DNA of 64,000 nucleotides, taken from assembly GCA_040876835.1 (NCBI GenBank), contig JBBDOX010000018.1:18232-82231 (forward strand), read 5' to 3'. The position numbers and the translations under genes were made by a program. The stretch comes from Candidatus Anderseniibacteriota bacterium (lineage in GTDB: Bacteria > Patescibacteriota > Andersenbacteria > UBA10190). The first letter of the stretch is position 1. Each line of letters starts with the position of its first letter. The notes beneath the pieces were generated by a model. The model was not told the origin of the DNA. It did not search any database and saw nothing but the letters and a program-made list of their open reading frames with translations. Positions 1 through 9,991 of the stretch are shown piece by piece.

Positions 1-119
1 AACTTACTCTGCTGGAGGATAAGGGCCAGATCCTTTTACTTAGGACGCTCGCTGTCCAGGATATTGAAAAGTATGAACTGCGAGATACGCAGCGTCCGGC
101 CCGTGATGCCCGGGTTGGC

Positions 120-782
120 ATGCTCCCGCCGAAGGTAGCTCAAATGATGATTAATATTGCCCTGAGAGAAGTCAATGCGCCTCAACCGGCCATCCTTGAT
201 CCGTTCTGTGGTGCCGGAACCATCTTGCAAGAAGCCTGGCTTATGGGCTTCCAGTCAGTTGGAGCAGACGCCAGTTCAAACATGGTTGCCGCCAGTCACG
301 AAAACCTTACCTGGTTGCACAGCAAGTTTAATGTCGCAGATGACAAGCAACCAGAGCTGCTTGAGCATGATGCGCGCCAGCCGTATCCTGAGCACTGGAA
401 TGAAACATTTGATGCCGTAATCACTGAGCCCTTCTTAGGCAAACCGATCTCTACTCCCCTGCCCTCCGCAGCTGATCTGGAACAGTGGCAGGCTCCGCTG
501 CACGAGCTATACACTCGCGCCTTATTTATTTTGAATGCGGTTGTAAAGCCCGGGGGTGTGATTCTCTTCCTGCTGCCAGCGGCTAAGGTCGGGACGAATA
601 GCTTCACTCCCCTACCCGAGGCGATATTTGACGAAATACAGAAAGCCGGATACAGTATGGTACAGCTTGTTCCGGAGGTACTGGAGCCTTTTATTGCTCC
701 AACAGATCGAGGCACACTCATGTATTCCCGCCCCGACGCCCTGGTAGCACGCGAATTTACATTGTGGAAAAAGAATTCATAA
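120..782 (+). CDS. SAM-dependent methyltransferase, RlmL/Trm14-like (class I MTase fold). Probably 5'-truncated by the window edge.
   Basis: Motif I 'LDPFCGAGTILQEA' and a 'VITEPFLGKP' (NPPY-like) motif. The ORF runs toward the window start, so an upstream THUMP-type N-domain may lie outside the window. Confidence 0.5.
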   Translation: MLPPKVAQMMINIALREVNAPQPAILDPFCGAGTILQEAWLMGFQSVGADASSNMVAASHENLTWLHSKFNVADDKQPELLEHDARQPYPEHWNETFDAVITEPFLGKPISTPLPSAADLEQWQAPLHELYTRALFILNAVVKPGGVILFLLPAAKVGTNSFTPLPEAIFDEIQKAGYSMVQLVPEVLEPFIAPTDRGTLMYSRPDALVAREFTLWKKNS

Positions 783-788
783 TATCCT

Positions 789-1067
789 ATGGCACATAAG
801 AAAGCAGCAGGTTCAACTCAGCTTGGACGCGATTCAATTAGTAAGCGCCTAGGCGTTAAGATTTTCGGCGGGCAGAAAGTTTCCGCCGGCCAGATTATCA
901 TCCGTCAGCGCGGCAGCAAATATCGACCAGGTGATGGTGTCCGCCAGGGCGCAGACGATACGCTCTACGCCGCTATTGATGGAGCGGTATCGTTCACCAG
1001 CAAAAAAATCCGAAGTTTCACTGGCGCCCTCAAGAAAGCAACTTTCGTCAGTATTGAGAAGAAATAG
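789..1067 (+). CDS. rpmA: 50S ribosomal protein L27
   Basis: N-terminal '[46 protein letters not shown]' is the canonical L27 signature. Confidence 0.9.
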   Translation: MAHKKAAGSTQLGRDSISKRLGVKIFGGQKVSAGQIIIRQRGSKYRPGDGVRQGADDTLYAAIDGAVSFTSKKIRSFTGALKKATFVSIEKK

Positions 1068-1080
1068 TCTCACCGTAAAA

Positions 1081-1106
1081 CCCTCCGGAAAACCGGAGGG
1101 TTTTTG
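1081..1106. terminator. Bidirectional intrinsic terminator between rpmA (+) and the convergent dehydrogenase gene (-)
   Basis: ccctccgg-aaaa-ccggaggg hairpin with an A-run on one side and TTTTT on the other. Confidence 0.5.
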
Positions 1107-1107
1107 C

Positions 1108-2202
1108 TTACTTTAATATAGAAGGATTGAGTCGAATAATTTTATCGTCTCCACTTTTGGGCCGGCCACGGCCGTCCCTGTTATTTGTCAGGATGTATAT
1201 GTCTTCGTCAGGTCCAATAGCAACTGTGCGCAGGCGCCCGTATACTCCTCCCAGGTAAGATTTCAGATCATGTGCAGATTCACCGTCCACTACCGCGCTA
1301 TACACAGATTGCCCCCGCAGTCCTACAAACAAGATGCGTCCATCCAGATATGCTGCACCGCTAGGCGCCCACACATGTGCGGTACTGGAGTGAAGTATGG
1401 GCAAAATCATCCCATCCCCCTGCTCATCGCCTTCAATAACCGGCCAGCCGTAGTTTCCACCTGACTGGATACGATTTACTTCATCAAGTCCCGACTGTCC
1501 GTGTTCTGTCGCCCACAGCTGCCGGCTGCCATCCCAGGCTAGCCCCTGGGGGTTACGATGGCCGTAGGAATATACAGCGTTGTTAAAGGGGTTGTCCTCT
1601 GGAATAGAGCCATCATCATTCAGCCTCAATATCTTACCGCCTAGGCTGGATGTATCCTGAGCTGAATTTCTCTGTCCGGCGTCTCCGGTCGTAATGTACA
1701 AATACCCGTCAGGGCCAAAAGCGATTCGACCCCCATCATGGAATTGTGAGCCGGGGATGTTTTCAATAATGACTGTGCGATCAGTCAATTGTATTCCTGC
1801 TAGTCTGTATCGCTCCACTCTGTTTGTTACTCCGTTACCGACACTCGTGGTTAGGTATAAGTAGAGATAAGAATTTTCCAAAAATTCCGGATGCAACGTT
1901 AAACCCAGCAATCCTCCTTCTCCGATATGTCGCACTCCCGCTACTTCAATCACCTCGCGATTTTGTCCTATACGTACCAAGCGTCCAGGTCGCTCCGTCA
2001 CCAGCATGTCGCCTTCCGGTAACCAGGCGATCTCCCAGGGAATGGTGAGGTTTTCAGCGACTATTTCAACTTCCCCTTCAGCAGGCAGTACTACATCCTC
2101 AAATTTTTCAGTTGGAGCGAATACGACCCGGGACATTAAAACCCAGTACACAGCGACGCCAATGCCAATTACTACTCCGAGGGTTAAGAGAATTTTCTTC
2201 AT
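1108..2202 (-). CDS. PQQ-dependent (soluble quinoprotein) glucose/sorbosone dehydrogenase-like beta-propeller protein with an N-terminal membrane anchor
   Basis: 'YSYGHRNPQGLAWD' motif typical of sorbosone/glucose dehydrogenase propellers. N-terminal hydrophobic helix. Confidence 0.65.
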   Translation of the reverse strand: MKKILLTLGVVIGIGVAVYWVLMSRVVFAPTEKFEDVVLPAEGEVEIVAENLTIPWEIAWLPEGDMLVTERPGRLVRIGQNREVIEVAGVRHIGEGGLLGLTLHPEFLENSYLYLYLTTSVGNGVTNRVERYRLAGIQLTDRTVIIENIPGSQFHDGGRIAFGPDGYLYITTGDAGQRNSAQDTSSLGGKILRLNDDGSIPEDNPFNNAVYSYGHRNPQGLAWDGSRQLWATEHGQSGLDEVNRIQSGGNYGWPVIEGDEQGDGMILPILHSSTAHVWAPSGAAYLDGRILFVGLRGQSVYSAVVDGESAHDLKSYLGGVYGRLRTVAIGPDEDIYILTNNRDGRGRPKSGDDKIIRLNPSILK

Positions 2203-2208
2203 CCATAT

Positions 2209-2430
2209 CTAGTGTGCAATATCGAGGATTTTTTCTCTACCCGTTTTTCCGAATATGAGCATAATCGCTGATTTGGGGATATCCAGGTACTCAGCCACTG
2301 CTTCAATCACAGCCTGGTTAGCCTTCCCCTGTTTAGCCGGGGCATTGACCCACATCTTCCAGTGTGCCTTGTCAAGCTGTTCAATTCGTTCCTGTTTGGC
2401 GTTCGGTTTCACAGTAATGTATATCCTCAT
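2209..2430 (-). CDS. DUF167 (YggU/UPF0235) family protein
   Basis: 73 aa. 'MRIYITVKPNAKQERIEQLDKAHWKMWVNAPAKQGKANQAVIE' matches the DUF167 consensus. Confidence 0.7.
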   Translation of the reverse strand: MRIYITVKPNAKQERIEQLDKAHWKMWVNAPAKQGKANQAVIEAVAEYLDIPKSAIMLIFGKTGREKILDIAH

Positions 2431-2478
2431 GGGAGCAGAGTAGCACTTCGCCTCATGCTAGGGTATCCTGCCCCCTAT

Positions 2479-3219
2479 ATGGGACTCGTATTTTTAGATA
2501 CTGAAACAACAGGTGGCGAACCCGGGAAAGACCGCCTGTGCCAGATTTGCTACAAGCTTGGAGACACCGTTGTCGATGAGTTATTCAAACCACCCTTGCC
2601 TATCTCGATAAAGGCAATGAGTATTACGCACATCACTAATAAGATGGTTGATGACAAGCCACCATTTGTTGGCAGCAGCACACACGACGAGCTGTTCAAA
2701 CTTTTGCAGGAACATATTTTGGTTGCCCATAACGCTCCTTTTGACATCGCGGCTCTGGAAGTTGAAGACATCACTGTTCCCCAGTTCATCTGTACACTAC
2801 GTGTCGCCCGCCACTTGGATGACAGTGAGCAAATTCCTGAATATAATCTGCAGTTCCTGCGATATTACTTTGAGCTTGAGATCGAGGGTGTTCGTCCGCA
2901 CGATGCTAAAGGTGATGTCCTAGTACTTGAAGCTATCTTCAACGAGCTTTTCAGCATTGCGAAAGAAAAAAGTCAGGACAAAAGTGACCAGGATATTATC
3001 AATGAGTTTATGGAAATCTCTACTAAGCCGTCGTTAGTTCGCCGGTTTCGATTCGGGAAATACAAAGGGCAGCGTATTGAGGACGTGGTTCAGACTAATC
3101 CCGGCTATCTTGAGTGGCTCCTCGGGGAAAAAGAAGCTCAAGCCGCTACCATTTCCGGATATAACCATGACGCTGAGTTAATTTATTCGCTTAAACACTA
3201 CCTGGGTAGAACAGCTTAA
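2479..3219 (+). CDS. DEDDh 3'-5' exonuclease (DnaQ/epsilon-like) with a C-terminal DUF3820-like tail
   Basis: Exo I 'FLDTETTG', Exo II 'VAHNAPFDIAAL' and Exo III 'HDAKGDVLVLEAIF' motifs. Start moved to the in-frame ATG at 2479 to avoid overlap with the DUF167 gene (the ORF track starts at 2362). Confidence 0.75.
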   Translation: MGLVFLDTETTGGEPGKDRLCQICYKLGDTVVDELFKPPLPISIKAMSITHITNKMVDDKPPFVGSSTHDELFKLLQEHILVAHNAPFDIAALEVEDITVPQFICTLRVARHLDDSEQIPEYNLQFLRYYFELEIEGVRPHDAKGDVLVLEAIFNELFSIAKEKSQDKSDQDIINEFMEISTKPSLVRRFRFGKYKGQRIEDVVQTNPGYLEWLLGEKEAQAATISGYNHDAELIYSLKHYLGRTA

Positions 3220-3228
3220 ATGAAAAAC

Positions 3229-3243
3229 CGAAGCAGCTTCGGT
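3229..3243. terminator. Short hairpin (ccgaagcagcttcgg) flanked by an A-run; possible bidirectional terminator
   Basis: Sits between the stop of the exonuclease gene (+) and the end of a small minus-strand ORF. Confidence 0.35.
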
Positions 3244-3274
3244 AGAGCCGCTTCGGGAATATGAAGCGCAGAGA

Positions 3275-3460
3275 TCAGCCCTCCTTTGCCAGGGCGATGA
3301 ACGCCCTGGTTTTGAGAACCTGAACGAGGATGATGCTGCCCGCCAGACAAGCCTGCCTAGCGGGTGGTCCACTTGGATGGGCCACAGCCACGCCAAGAAC
3401 CATCACCAAGATGAAGGTCAGCAAACAAAACCCCAACAGCGTAAGGAGTCGCGAGTTCAT
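3275..3460 (-). CDS. Small hydrophobic protein (61 aa), compositionally distinct (high GC)
   Basis: GGAGGTG Shine-Dalgarno 5 nt before the ATG for 'MNSRLLTLLGFCLL...'. One predicted TM helix. Hairpin terminator downstream. Confidence 0.3.
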   Translation of the reverse strand: MNSRLLTLLGFCLLTFILVMVLGVAVAHPSGPPARQACLAGSIILVQVLKTRAFIALAKEG

Positions 3461-3937
3461 TTCCACCTCCATTGGAGCTCTCGCACGGACGAACATGCTT
3501 ATGCATGTCCAGGCATCAAGATTCTGGATTTTTCCAGCACCCTACATCCCTGGACATCGTTTAAGACTCATCCTACTCCCGAAGCCTGAATAAAGAACTT
3601 TCCGAAATCTGAGTGAAAAAAATATACTCCTACACCTTTTAAAGTCAAGTATCGGCTTTTTCAGTTTTGCACAGCATATTCTGCTGTGCTAAGCCCTGCT
3701 TCCTTCTACCCGTACAAACAACAATAAATATTCCTACATTTGTGTTATACTTCCTCCCATGGAAATTCTCTCCTTTATCCCTCTCATGAGCAGCATGGCC
3801 TTCGGCGTAGCACTCATGTTCGCATTCTCGCACTTGATGGATCAATAGGCCACCCTTGCCAGCGAGGCCTTAATCCCTTATATTTGCCGACAGTTCGTTC
3901 ACATCCCACCGCTCTCTCATGAGCAGGAGTGTAAGCT

Positions 3938-4948
3938 GTGCAAGAAACCCTCGCGCTGCCGATTTACAATGAGATATTTCGTCTGTGTGCTCATTTGAGC
4001 ATGGTCGCTACAACCTACGAGACGCAGGCTGACTCAGATGTCGAGATGCGGGAGTTCGAATCTTTCATGCAGCGGATGCCTGTTCCCCCGGAGCCGTGGC
4101 ATGCCTGGTATTTCTTCCAGGAATGCATGCATGAGATTCAAAAGACTCAAGCCAAGCTCCGACACTGCTTCGACAGGTTTGATCGAGACCTGTTTGCGCC
4201 GGATCTTTTTGATCAGACTCGTGCTCTGCTGTTTACTGATCTCCTGTTCCACTACTGGACCGGGGCTCACAGCTGGCACCTGAGCTGGCCGCTGGTCGAA
4301 TCTGTTTCGTGCCTGGCTGTCGACAGCAGTCTGGTTCTGGCGGACATGCAGGGCTCAAGGCTGCCCCCAAGCGTATGGATCGAATGGGATACGCCTTCTG
4401 GAGAGCACAAGCCCTGGATCCGCAACGCTCGCGGTTTGCTCGTCTCCCGAATTCCAATTTTCGATGCACCCCTGGAGTTCCGTCAGCAGGTCGCCGAGGG
4501 GTGCAAAGGTCTGGGCAAGACGCGTCAACAGCACTTCTTCGAAGCTCTTGCCGATGCGGCAACCGAGCGTTCCTGTTTGGGCTTTTCGATCACCGCAGTC
4601 CTGAAAAACAGTCAGGGACTGCAATTCGTGACGAGCTACATCGGGCACGAGATGGAGGAAACCGTGCGTGATATGTTTGAATGTCACATTGAGAATGTGC
4701 GTTCAGACAACCCCAAGCTGAAAGAGATTCAGCTGGTGTGGCCGATGACCGCGATTAAACTCCTGCTGTACGCAAGCAGTCAGAACCTGTTTGCGGACGA
4801 AAGGACGCTGACTCGGACAAAGGCTGACAGCATCAAGGAGATCGGCAACAGCTGCGGCACATTCTACCGGCGCAAGGCATTAAGTGGCCCGCGTCTGCAG
4901 ATCCAACCGCACAACGTGGAGCGGAAACCATTCAGGCTCGATGCCTGA
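3938..4948 (+). CDS. Hypothetical protein (336 aa), high-GC orphan
   Basis: Long ORF with coherent GC3-rich codon usage. No motif recognised. Confidence 0.5.
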   Translation: MQETLALPIYNEIFRLCAHLSMVATTYETQADSDVEMREFESFMQRMPVPPEPWHAWYFFQECMHEIQKTQAKLRHCFDRFDRDLFAPDLFDQTRALLFTDLLFHYWTGAHSWHLSWPLVESVSCLAVDSSLVLADMQGSRLPPSVWIEWDTPSGEHKPWIRNARGLLVSRIPIFDAPLEFRQQVAEGCKGLGKTRQQHFFEALADAATERSCLGFSITAVLKNSQGLQFVTSYIGHEMEETVRDMFECHIENVRSDNPKLKEIQLVWPMTAIKLLLYASSQNLFADERTLTRTKADSIKEIGNSCGTFYRRKALSGPRLQIQPHNVERKPFRLDA

Positions 4949-4978
4949 CAAGCTTCTCAAAATGGGGAGGCTTTTTTA

Positions 4979-5968
4979 TTACTGCGCTCTTTCAACCACA
5001 GAAAGAATACTGCCCTTCTCCTCTTCATCCGCCACCCTCGGCTGAGCATTATGTTCAATAATAACGGGAACAAACTCGACACCGGTAAGCTCCGATCCGG
5101 TGAACGTGTACTTCCCCACTATTCCCTCACTGGTTTTCCTTGACCAGTTCTGATCAAAAATGAAGTTGCCATGAGAATATACAATGAGCTTTCCGTTATA
5201 TTCCTCTGTCGTCTGAACCCAGTGAGGATGATTACCGAGCACCAGATCGGCCCCGGCGTCGATTGCTGCATATGCCAGCTCTTGCTGACGTTGGGTGGGT
5301 CGCTCGTGGTACTCCCCTCCCCAATGAAACATCACGGCGACCACAGCAGCTGCTTGTTTTGCTTCAATTATATCCTTCTGTATCAATCCAGGATCTGCTT
5401 TAGTCACAGCATGCTGCCACTGCGTTTCTACATCGTTATATCCTAAAAAGCCGAAGCGAGTCCCACGCACTTCCTGAACTACAAGGCTCCCCGTTCCCAC
5501 AGTTGCTATCCCCTGCTCGTTTAGTAATGTTTTTGTTTGCTGGAAACCGTCAACGCCGTAATTTTCCGCGTGATTATTAGCCAGGCTTGCTATATCCACC
5601 CCTGCCTGTTTCATGGCTGCAATGTGGCGTATATCACCACAGAACTTCATACCCTCAGCCGTTACGGGACAGGATTTGATGATAGGAGATTCCAGATTAA
5701 TGAAAGCAAGGTCGGCAGCCGATACAAGGTCAGCCATGTTTTGCCATGGCCAGAAGAAATCATTTTTTCGCACTGCCTGCATATTCACAAAACGTCCTAA
5801 CATTACATCGCCTGTCACCAGCAGCGTTGTCTCTGCCGGAAGAGGCGAGGCGGTTGGTGTGACGGAAAACGATTCGATAGCACTCTCGGATACCGTAGTA
5901 CTCCTTGCTGCCAGCAAGAGCGATACTAGTATAAGCAGCGGCAGCGCAATCACTCTGACTTCATACAT
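4979..5968 (-). CDS. CapA/PgsA-family metallophosphatase (poly-gamma-glutamate synthesis-type) with signal peptide/TM
   Basis: 'HWGGEYHERPTQRQQELAYAAIDAGADLVLGNHPHWVQ' matches CapA metallophosphoesterase motifs. N-terminal hydrophobic segment. Host-like GC. Confidence 0.7.
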   Translation of the reverse strand: MYEVRVIALPLLILVSLLLAARSTTVSESAIESFSVTPTASPLPAETTLLVTGDVMLGRFVNMQAVRKNDFFWPWQNMADLVSAADLAFINLESPIIKSCPVTAEGMKFCGDIRHIAAMKQAGVDIASLANNHAENYGVDGFQQTKTLLNEQGIATVGTGSLVVQEVRGTRFGFLGYNDVETQWQHAVTKADPGLIQKDIIEAKQAAAVVAVMFHWGGEYHERPTQRQQELAYAAIDAGADLVLGNHPHWVQTTEEYNGKLIVYSHGNFIFDQNWSRKTSEGIVGKYTFTGSELTGVEFVPVIIEHNAQPRVADEEEKGSILSVVERAQ

Positions 5969-6104
5969 TCCCTCATCATACCGGACATACTATACCTCCT
6001 ACTATATACAGCTATTTTTGTTCTCTTGCTTCAACTTTTATTAGTGGCATAATGATGGCAAATACCAACACGTCTTCCCGCTCTTTCCTGAAAGGAGAAT
6101 TTCC

Positions 6105-6461
6105 TTGAGCTACGCCGTTCGCGATGTGACCGATTTCGCGAGCCTGGCGTTAGCCCAAGGGCTTGCCAGGCTTCCTAGGAGACGTTTCCCTCTCTTAGCC
6201 TATGTGGAGTTTGTGCGGGTAATTGATTTTTCGTCGTACTGTACGCGGCGGGACGTCAGGCACCTTCTTGCCTACTTTGCCCTCTGTCCTGAGGTGGAAG
6301 GGATCTGCATTCTTGCTGTAGCACCCACCCTTGCTACCGGGACGGTGGTTCAATGGCATTCTCTCAATGATCTTAGCCCTTCCTCTCTCCGTACAGAGAA
6401 TCTGGGGGGTTGTGAGGTCAAAACTTTCTGGAAGATCCTGCAGGAATACAGGTCTCAGTAG
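6105..6461 (+). CDS. Hypothetical protein (118 aa), high-GC orphan. Paralog of the next gene.
   Basis: TTG start 8 nt after an AAGGAG Shine-Dalgarno. Shares '..VEF..' and 'V.WH.L.D' blocks with ORF 6628..7017. Confidence 0.45.
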   Translation: MSYAVRDVTDFASLALAQGLARLPRRRFPLLAYVEFVRVIDFSSYCTRRDVRHLLAYFALCPEVEGICILAVAPTLATGTVVQWHSLNDLSPSSLRTENLGGCEVKTFWKILQEYRSQ

Positions 6462-6627
6462 GTAGCTGGCACAGACTGCTGGCTTTTTTCTTGATTTGAC
6501 ATATATGCGTATATACTTTACTATTGAAAACTTCACTTGGGCACCCGGCTCAAGTTTGTTCATTCCAGACTAAAAACAAGGAGGTATTTAAGAGCAGCTG
6601 GATGCGCGGTGTTGAAACCAGGCTCAC

Positions 6628-7017
6628 TTGAAAGGATTTCACTTGGTTACTAAGGATGATGAAGCGGTTCGAGCCGCGCTGGTGGAGCACATCATCGGCC
6701 TTCCCATTCAAGAAAAGGACATCCTGAGCTGGGTCGAATTCACTTCCCACTGCAAAGAGGAGGACCGTTTCTTCCTCTGCTACTTTGAGTGGCACATCGT
6801 TCGAGGCGCAGCTGTGCTTCGCATGACGCCCAACTCAAAGCCTGCAGTGCACTGGCACTTGCTGACGGACTGGTACGACGAACACCAGAGTGACGGGTGC
6901 TGTCCCGAGCGGTACATCGGCGGATGTCCGTCTGCACTGTTCTTCGCCTTGCTGGAACAGCATACCCCCGAACATGCGATTGGACGCCCCACCGAGGTGG
7001 CTGCCCTTTCCGCCTGA
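6628..7017 (+). CDS. Hypothetical protein (129 aa), high-GC orphan. Paralog of 6105..6461.
   Basis: 'GLPIQEKDILSWVEF' and 'VHWHLLTDW' blocks align with the preceding ORF. Start is uncertain: a 9-codon uORF (6602..6631) ends at a TGA that overlaps the TTG at 6628. Confidence 0.45.
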   Translation: MKGFHLVTKDDEAVRAALVEHIIGLPIQEKDILSWVEFTSHCKEEDRFFLCYFEWHIVRGAAVLRMTPNSKPAVHWHLLTDWYDEHQSDGCCPERYIGGCPSALFFALLEQHTPEHAIGRPTEVAALSA

Positions 7018-7180
7018 ATACGTTTGCGCCGCAGGCACCCTCCTGACGGCGTTTTTTTGTTTGTACCACTGCCTATTGCAATTTTTGTAAGGCATTGTTA
7101 AACAGAAATACCTTGAGCCATACGTTTGGTTTGAGTCTTTCCAGGGTGTTCTCTTCTCAGTTCATTCAGAAGGAGACGGA

Positions 7181-7804
7181 ATGAGTACTCTTCTTCCCAC
7201 TTACGGTTGGAGCAAGAAGCAGACGGCGGACCCAGGCGGCTACTTGGAGGAGATGGGTCAATACGCGGAAGCACTGAAAAAGCATCGCGGCACCTACTTC
7301 ACCCACGAGCTGCTTTCACCCAGCTCAAGTAAGCTTCGGGGTGTTGCGGTGATCGGTGAGGCAGCGTTCCTCGAGAGGACTTCCAATGGATTTCTAGTCG
7401 GATTGTTCCGACTCGAAAACAGGTTTCATCAGAATCCTCTCTTTGACCTCTTGCCACCCGGGACGCTCTGGCCGAAAATCGGCATCGTAGAAATGGGTGT
7501 GAGGGACCTCCTCGAGAGCAGCGGGATCGAGGTCACTCAAGGACCCATCGACTACACCCTCCCCTCTCCGCATAAGGTGAGCACCGTTTGGCTGCACCGG
7601 GAAATTGACGCCTACGAGCAACGCCTCGTCGTGAGTACTCATTGGAAGGCAAGCGGCCTTCACGAGCTGGTGGGCACAATCCTGTCGTCCAGAGACATTC
7701 GATGGGCGTCCGGCCAGGGAGGCCTTGTGCTTCAGCGGTACTCCTTCGAGCGTCCAGAAGCACAGGAGCTGTTGTTCCCCTACAGCTACCCGCCAAAGAC
7801 GTAA
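7181..7804 (+). CDS. Hypothetical protein (207 aa), high-GC orphan
   Basis: Long ORF with GC3-rich codon usage, followed by a hairpin plus T-run. Confidence 0.5.
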   Translation: MSTLLPTYGWSKKQTADPGGYLEEMGQYAEALKKHRGTYFTHELLSPSSSKLRGVAVIGEAAFLERTSNGFLVGLFRLENRFHQNPLFDLLPPGTLWPKIGIVEMGVRDLLESSGIEVTQGPIDYTLPSPHKVSTVWLHREIDAYEQRLVVSTHWKASGLHELVGTILSSRDIRWASGQGGLVLQRYSFERPEAQELLFPYSYPPKT

Positions 7805-7808
7805 GTCC

Positions 7809-7846
7809 AAGCCTTACTGCGCCTTCAGCAGTCAGGCTTTTTATTT
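7809..7846 (+). terminator. Intrinsic terminator after ORF 7181..7804; overlaps the pyrG stop
   Basis: aagcct...aggctt stem with an inner ctgc/gcag stem, followed by TTTTTATTT. Confidence 0.45.
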
Positions 7847-9484
7847 ACCTGTGTTATTAGTCGCCGCAACGAAGGCGTTGAATAGCGGGTGACCGTTTAT
7901 AGGGCGAGCGGTGAATTCGGGGTGAAACTGTACACCTACAAACCAAGGATGGTCAGCAACCTCTACTACTTCAACCAAGTTTCCGTCCGGAGTGGTGCCG
8001 GCGATGCGCAGCCCCGCCTGCGAGAGCGTATCTTTAAACTCGTTGTTAAACTCATACCGGTGACGGTGACGTTCGCGGATTTCGGTTGAGCCGTATGCTT
8101 TGTATGAAAAAGAATCTTTCGTCAGCACACAATCCCATCCGCCCAGACGCATCGTGCCGCCTTTGTCGTGGATGGTTTTCTGGTCTTCCATAATATGAAT
8201 AACGCAGCTATTCAGGCGATCCTGACTCTGGTCACCTTCATCGATAAATTCCTGGCTGGTGGCCTGCGCAACTCCGGCCATGTGCCGGGCATATTCAATT
8301 ACAGCCAGCTGCATGCCCAGACATAACCCCAGGTACGGGATTTTGTTTTCGCGAGCATACTGAATTGCTTTGATCTTCCCCTCAGTTCCGCGCACCCCAA
8401 ATCCACCCGGAACTGTCACGCCCTGTATACCCTCAAAAAATCGGGCAATGTCGTCTGTTTTTTCCAGCTCCTCGGCGTCAATCCAGCGCAAATTCAGATC
8501 AGTTCCGTTCTGCCAGCAGGCGGCCTTGAGGGCTGCCACAAGACTGGCGTAAGTATCAAGCATGGTTGTGTACTTGCCTACCATCGCAATCGTAGTTGTT
8601 GGCTTGGCATGCTTGATGTTATCAACCAGCTCTTTCCACTGCCCATCAATACGGGAACGCTTTGTAATCTGCAGCTTGTCCATAATCACATCGTCCAGAT
8701 GATGCTGCTCCATGATCAGGGGCACTTCGTAGACCGTGTCGACAGTTGCCAGTGGTAGAATAGAGTCCTCGCTTACGTTGGTATACAGTGAGAGTTTTTT
8801 CACAATATCGCCGTCAGTTTCATAGTCTGTGCGAGCAATGAGAATATCCGGCTGAATACCAATGCTGCGTAGTTCTCGCACGCTATTTTGCGCTGGTTTG
8901 GTTTTCACTTCATCAGAGGCTTTCAGGTACGGTAGAAAAACGACGTGCACATAGAGAACGTTTTCTTCTCCCTCTTCGAGCGCCAGCTGGCGGGCTGCTT
9001 CAACAAAGTGAAATCCTTCGTTGTCCCCTATCGTTCCGCCGATCTCCACGATGTGTACATCGCAGCCACTTTTGGCCGCGGCGTCCCGCGCCCGGCGCTT
9101 TACCTCTTCGGTTACGTGCGGAATTACCTGGACAGTTTTACCCAGATATTCACCGCGCCGCTCTTTATTAATAACTTCCTGGTAGATCTCCCCGGTCATC
9201 ACTGAGGAGTCACCCGTTAAATTCTGGTTTAAAAACCGTTCGTAGTGACCTAAATCAAGGTCAGTTTCTGCCCCGTCATCTGTTACAAAAACTTCTCCGT
9301 GTTCAGCAGGATTCAAGGTACCAGCATCGATGTTAATGTACTGGTCAAACTTCTGCATATTCACTGATAAGCCACGCTCTTTGAGGATATTCCCGATCGA
9401 AGCCGATGTAATACCTTTGCCCAGACCTGACAATACGCCTCCAGTAACAAAAATGTATTTAGGTTTTTTTGTTTTTCCTAACAT
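7841..9484 (-). CDS. pyrG: CTP synthase
   Basis: 'KYIFVTGGVLSGLGKGITSASIG' N-terminus. Glutamine amidotransferase 'GLCLGMQ' and 'QFHPEF' motifs. Confidence 0.95.
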   Translation of the reverse strand: MLGKTKKPKYIFVTGGVLSGLGKGITSASIGNILKERGLSVNMQKFDQYINIDAGTLNPAEHGEVFVTDDGAETDLDLGHYERFLNQNLTGDSSVMTGEIYQEVINKERRGEYLGKTVQVIPHVTEEVKRRARDAAAKSGCDVHIVEIGGTIGDNEGFHFVEAARQLALEEGEENVLYVHVVFLPYLKASDEVKTKPAQNSVRELRSIGIQPDILIARTDYETDGDIVKKLSLYTNVSEDSILPLATVDTVYEVPLIMEQHHLDDVIMDKLQITKRSRIDGQWKELVDNIKHAKPTTTIAMVGKYTTMLDTYASLVAALKAACWQNGTDLNLRWIDAEELEKTDDIARFFEGIQGVTVPGGFGVRGTEGKIKAIQYARENKIPYLGLCLGMQLAVIEYARHMAGVAQATSQEFIDEGDQSQDRLNSCVIHIMEDQKTIHDKGGTMRLGGWDCVLTKDSFSYKAYGSTEIRERHRHRYEFNNEFKDTLSQAGLRIAGTTPDGNLVEVVEVADHPWFVGVQFHPEFTARPINGHPLFNAFVAATNNTGK

Positions 9485-9486
9485 AG

Positions 9487-9957
9487 TTATTCCTTTTCTG
9501 GTTCAGGCATTACGGCCACAACCATTGAAAATTCTACTTCGTCAGAAAGCTTAACAATCATATCGTAAGTTCCAAGCTGCTTAATTGGTTTTGTAATACT
9601 AATACTCTTGGGCGATAGCTGCAGCCCCGCCTGTTTGTTTAATTCTTCTACAATATGCTTAGGCGTAATGCTACCAAAAATCTCTTCCCCTTCATTGACC
9701 TTAGCCTGTAATTGAAGCTCTGTGCTATCAAGCTGCTGGGCTCTTTCTTCTAACTCCGCAAGCTCCGCTTCGGCCTGCTTTGTTTTCCGGCTTTCCTGCT
9801 CCTTATGCTTTTGCTGCTCCTGCTCAGTGGCGAGAGCAGCTTTCCCTTCAGCAAATAGCTTGTTGCGGGCATATCCTTCGGAGACGGTGACGATGTCGCC
9901 TGCGCTTCCCAGCGAGTCAACATTTTCAAGCAGTAGGACTTTTACGTCACCAGACAT
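9487..9957 (-). CDS. rplI: 50S ribosomal protein L9
   Basis: 'VKVLLLENVDSLGSAGDIVTVSEGYARNKL' is the L9 N-domain signature. Confidence 0.8.
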   Translation of the reverse strand: MSGDVKVLLLENVDSLGSAGDIVTVSEGYARNKLFAEGKAALATEQEQQKHKEQESRKTKQAEAELAELEERAQQLDSTELQLQAKVNEGEEIFGSITPKHIVEELNKQAGLQLSPKSISITKPIKQLGTYDMIVKLSDEVEFSMVVAVMPEPEKE

Positions 9958-9991
9958 CGTGGATTACTGTAACACCGATTCTCTTTCCTGT

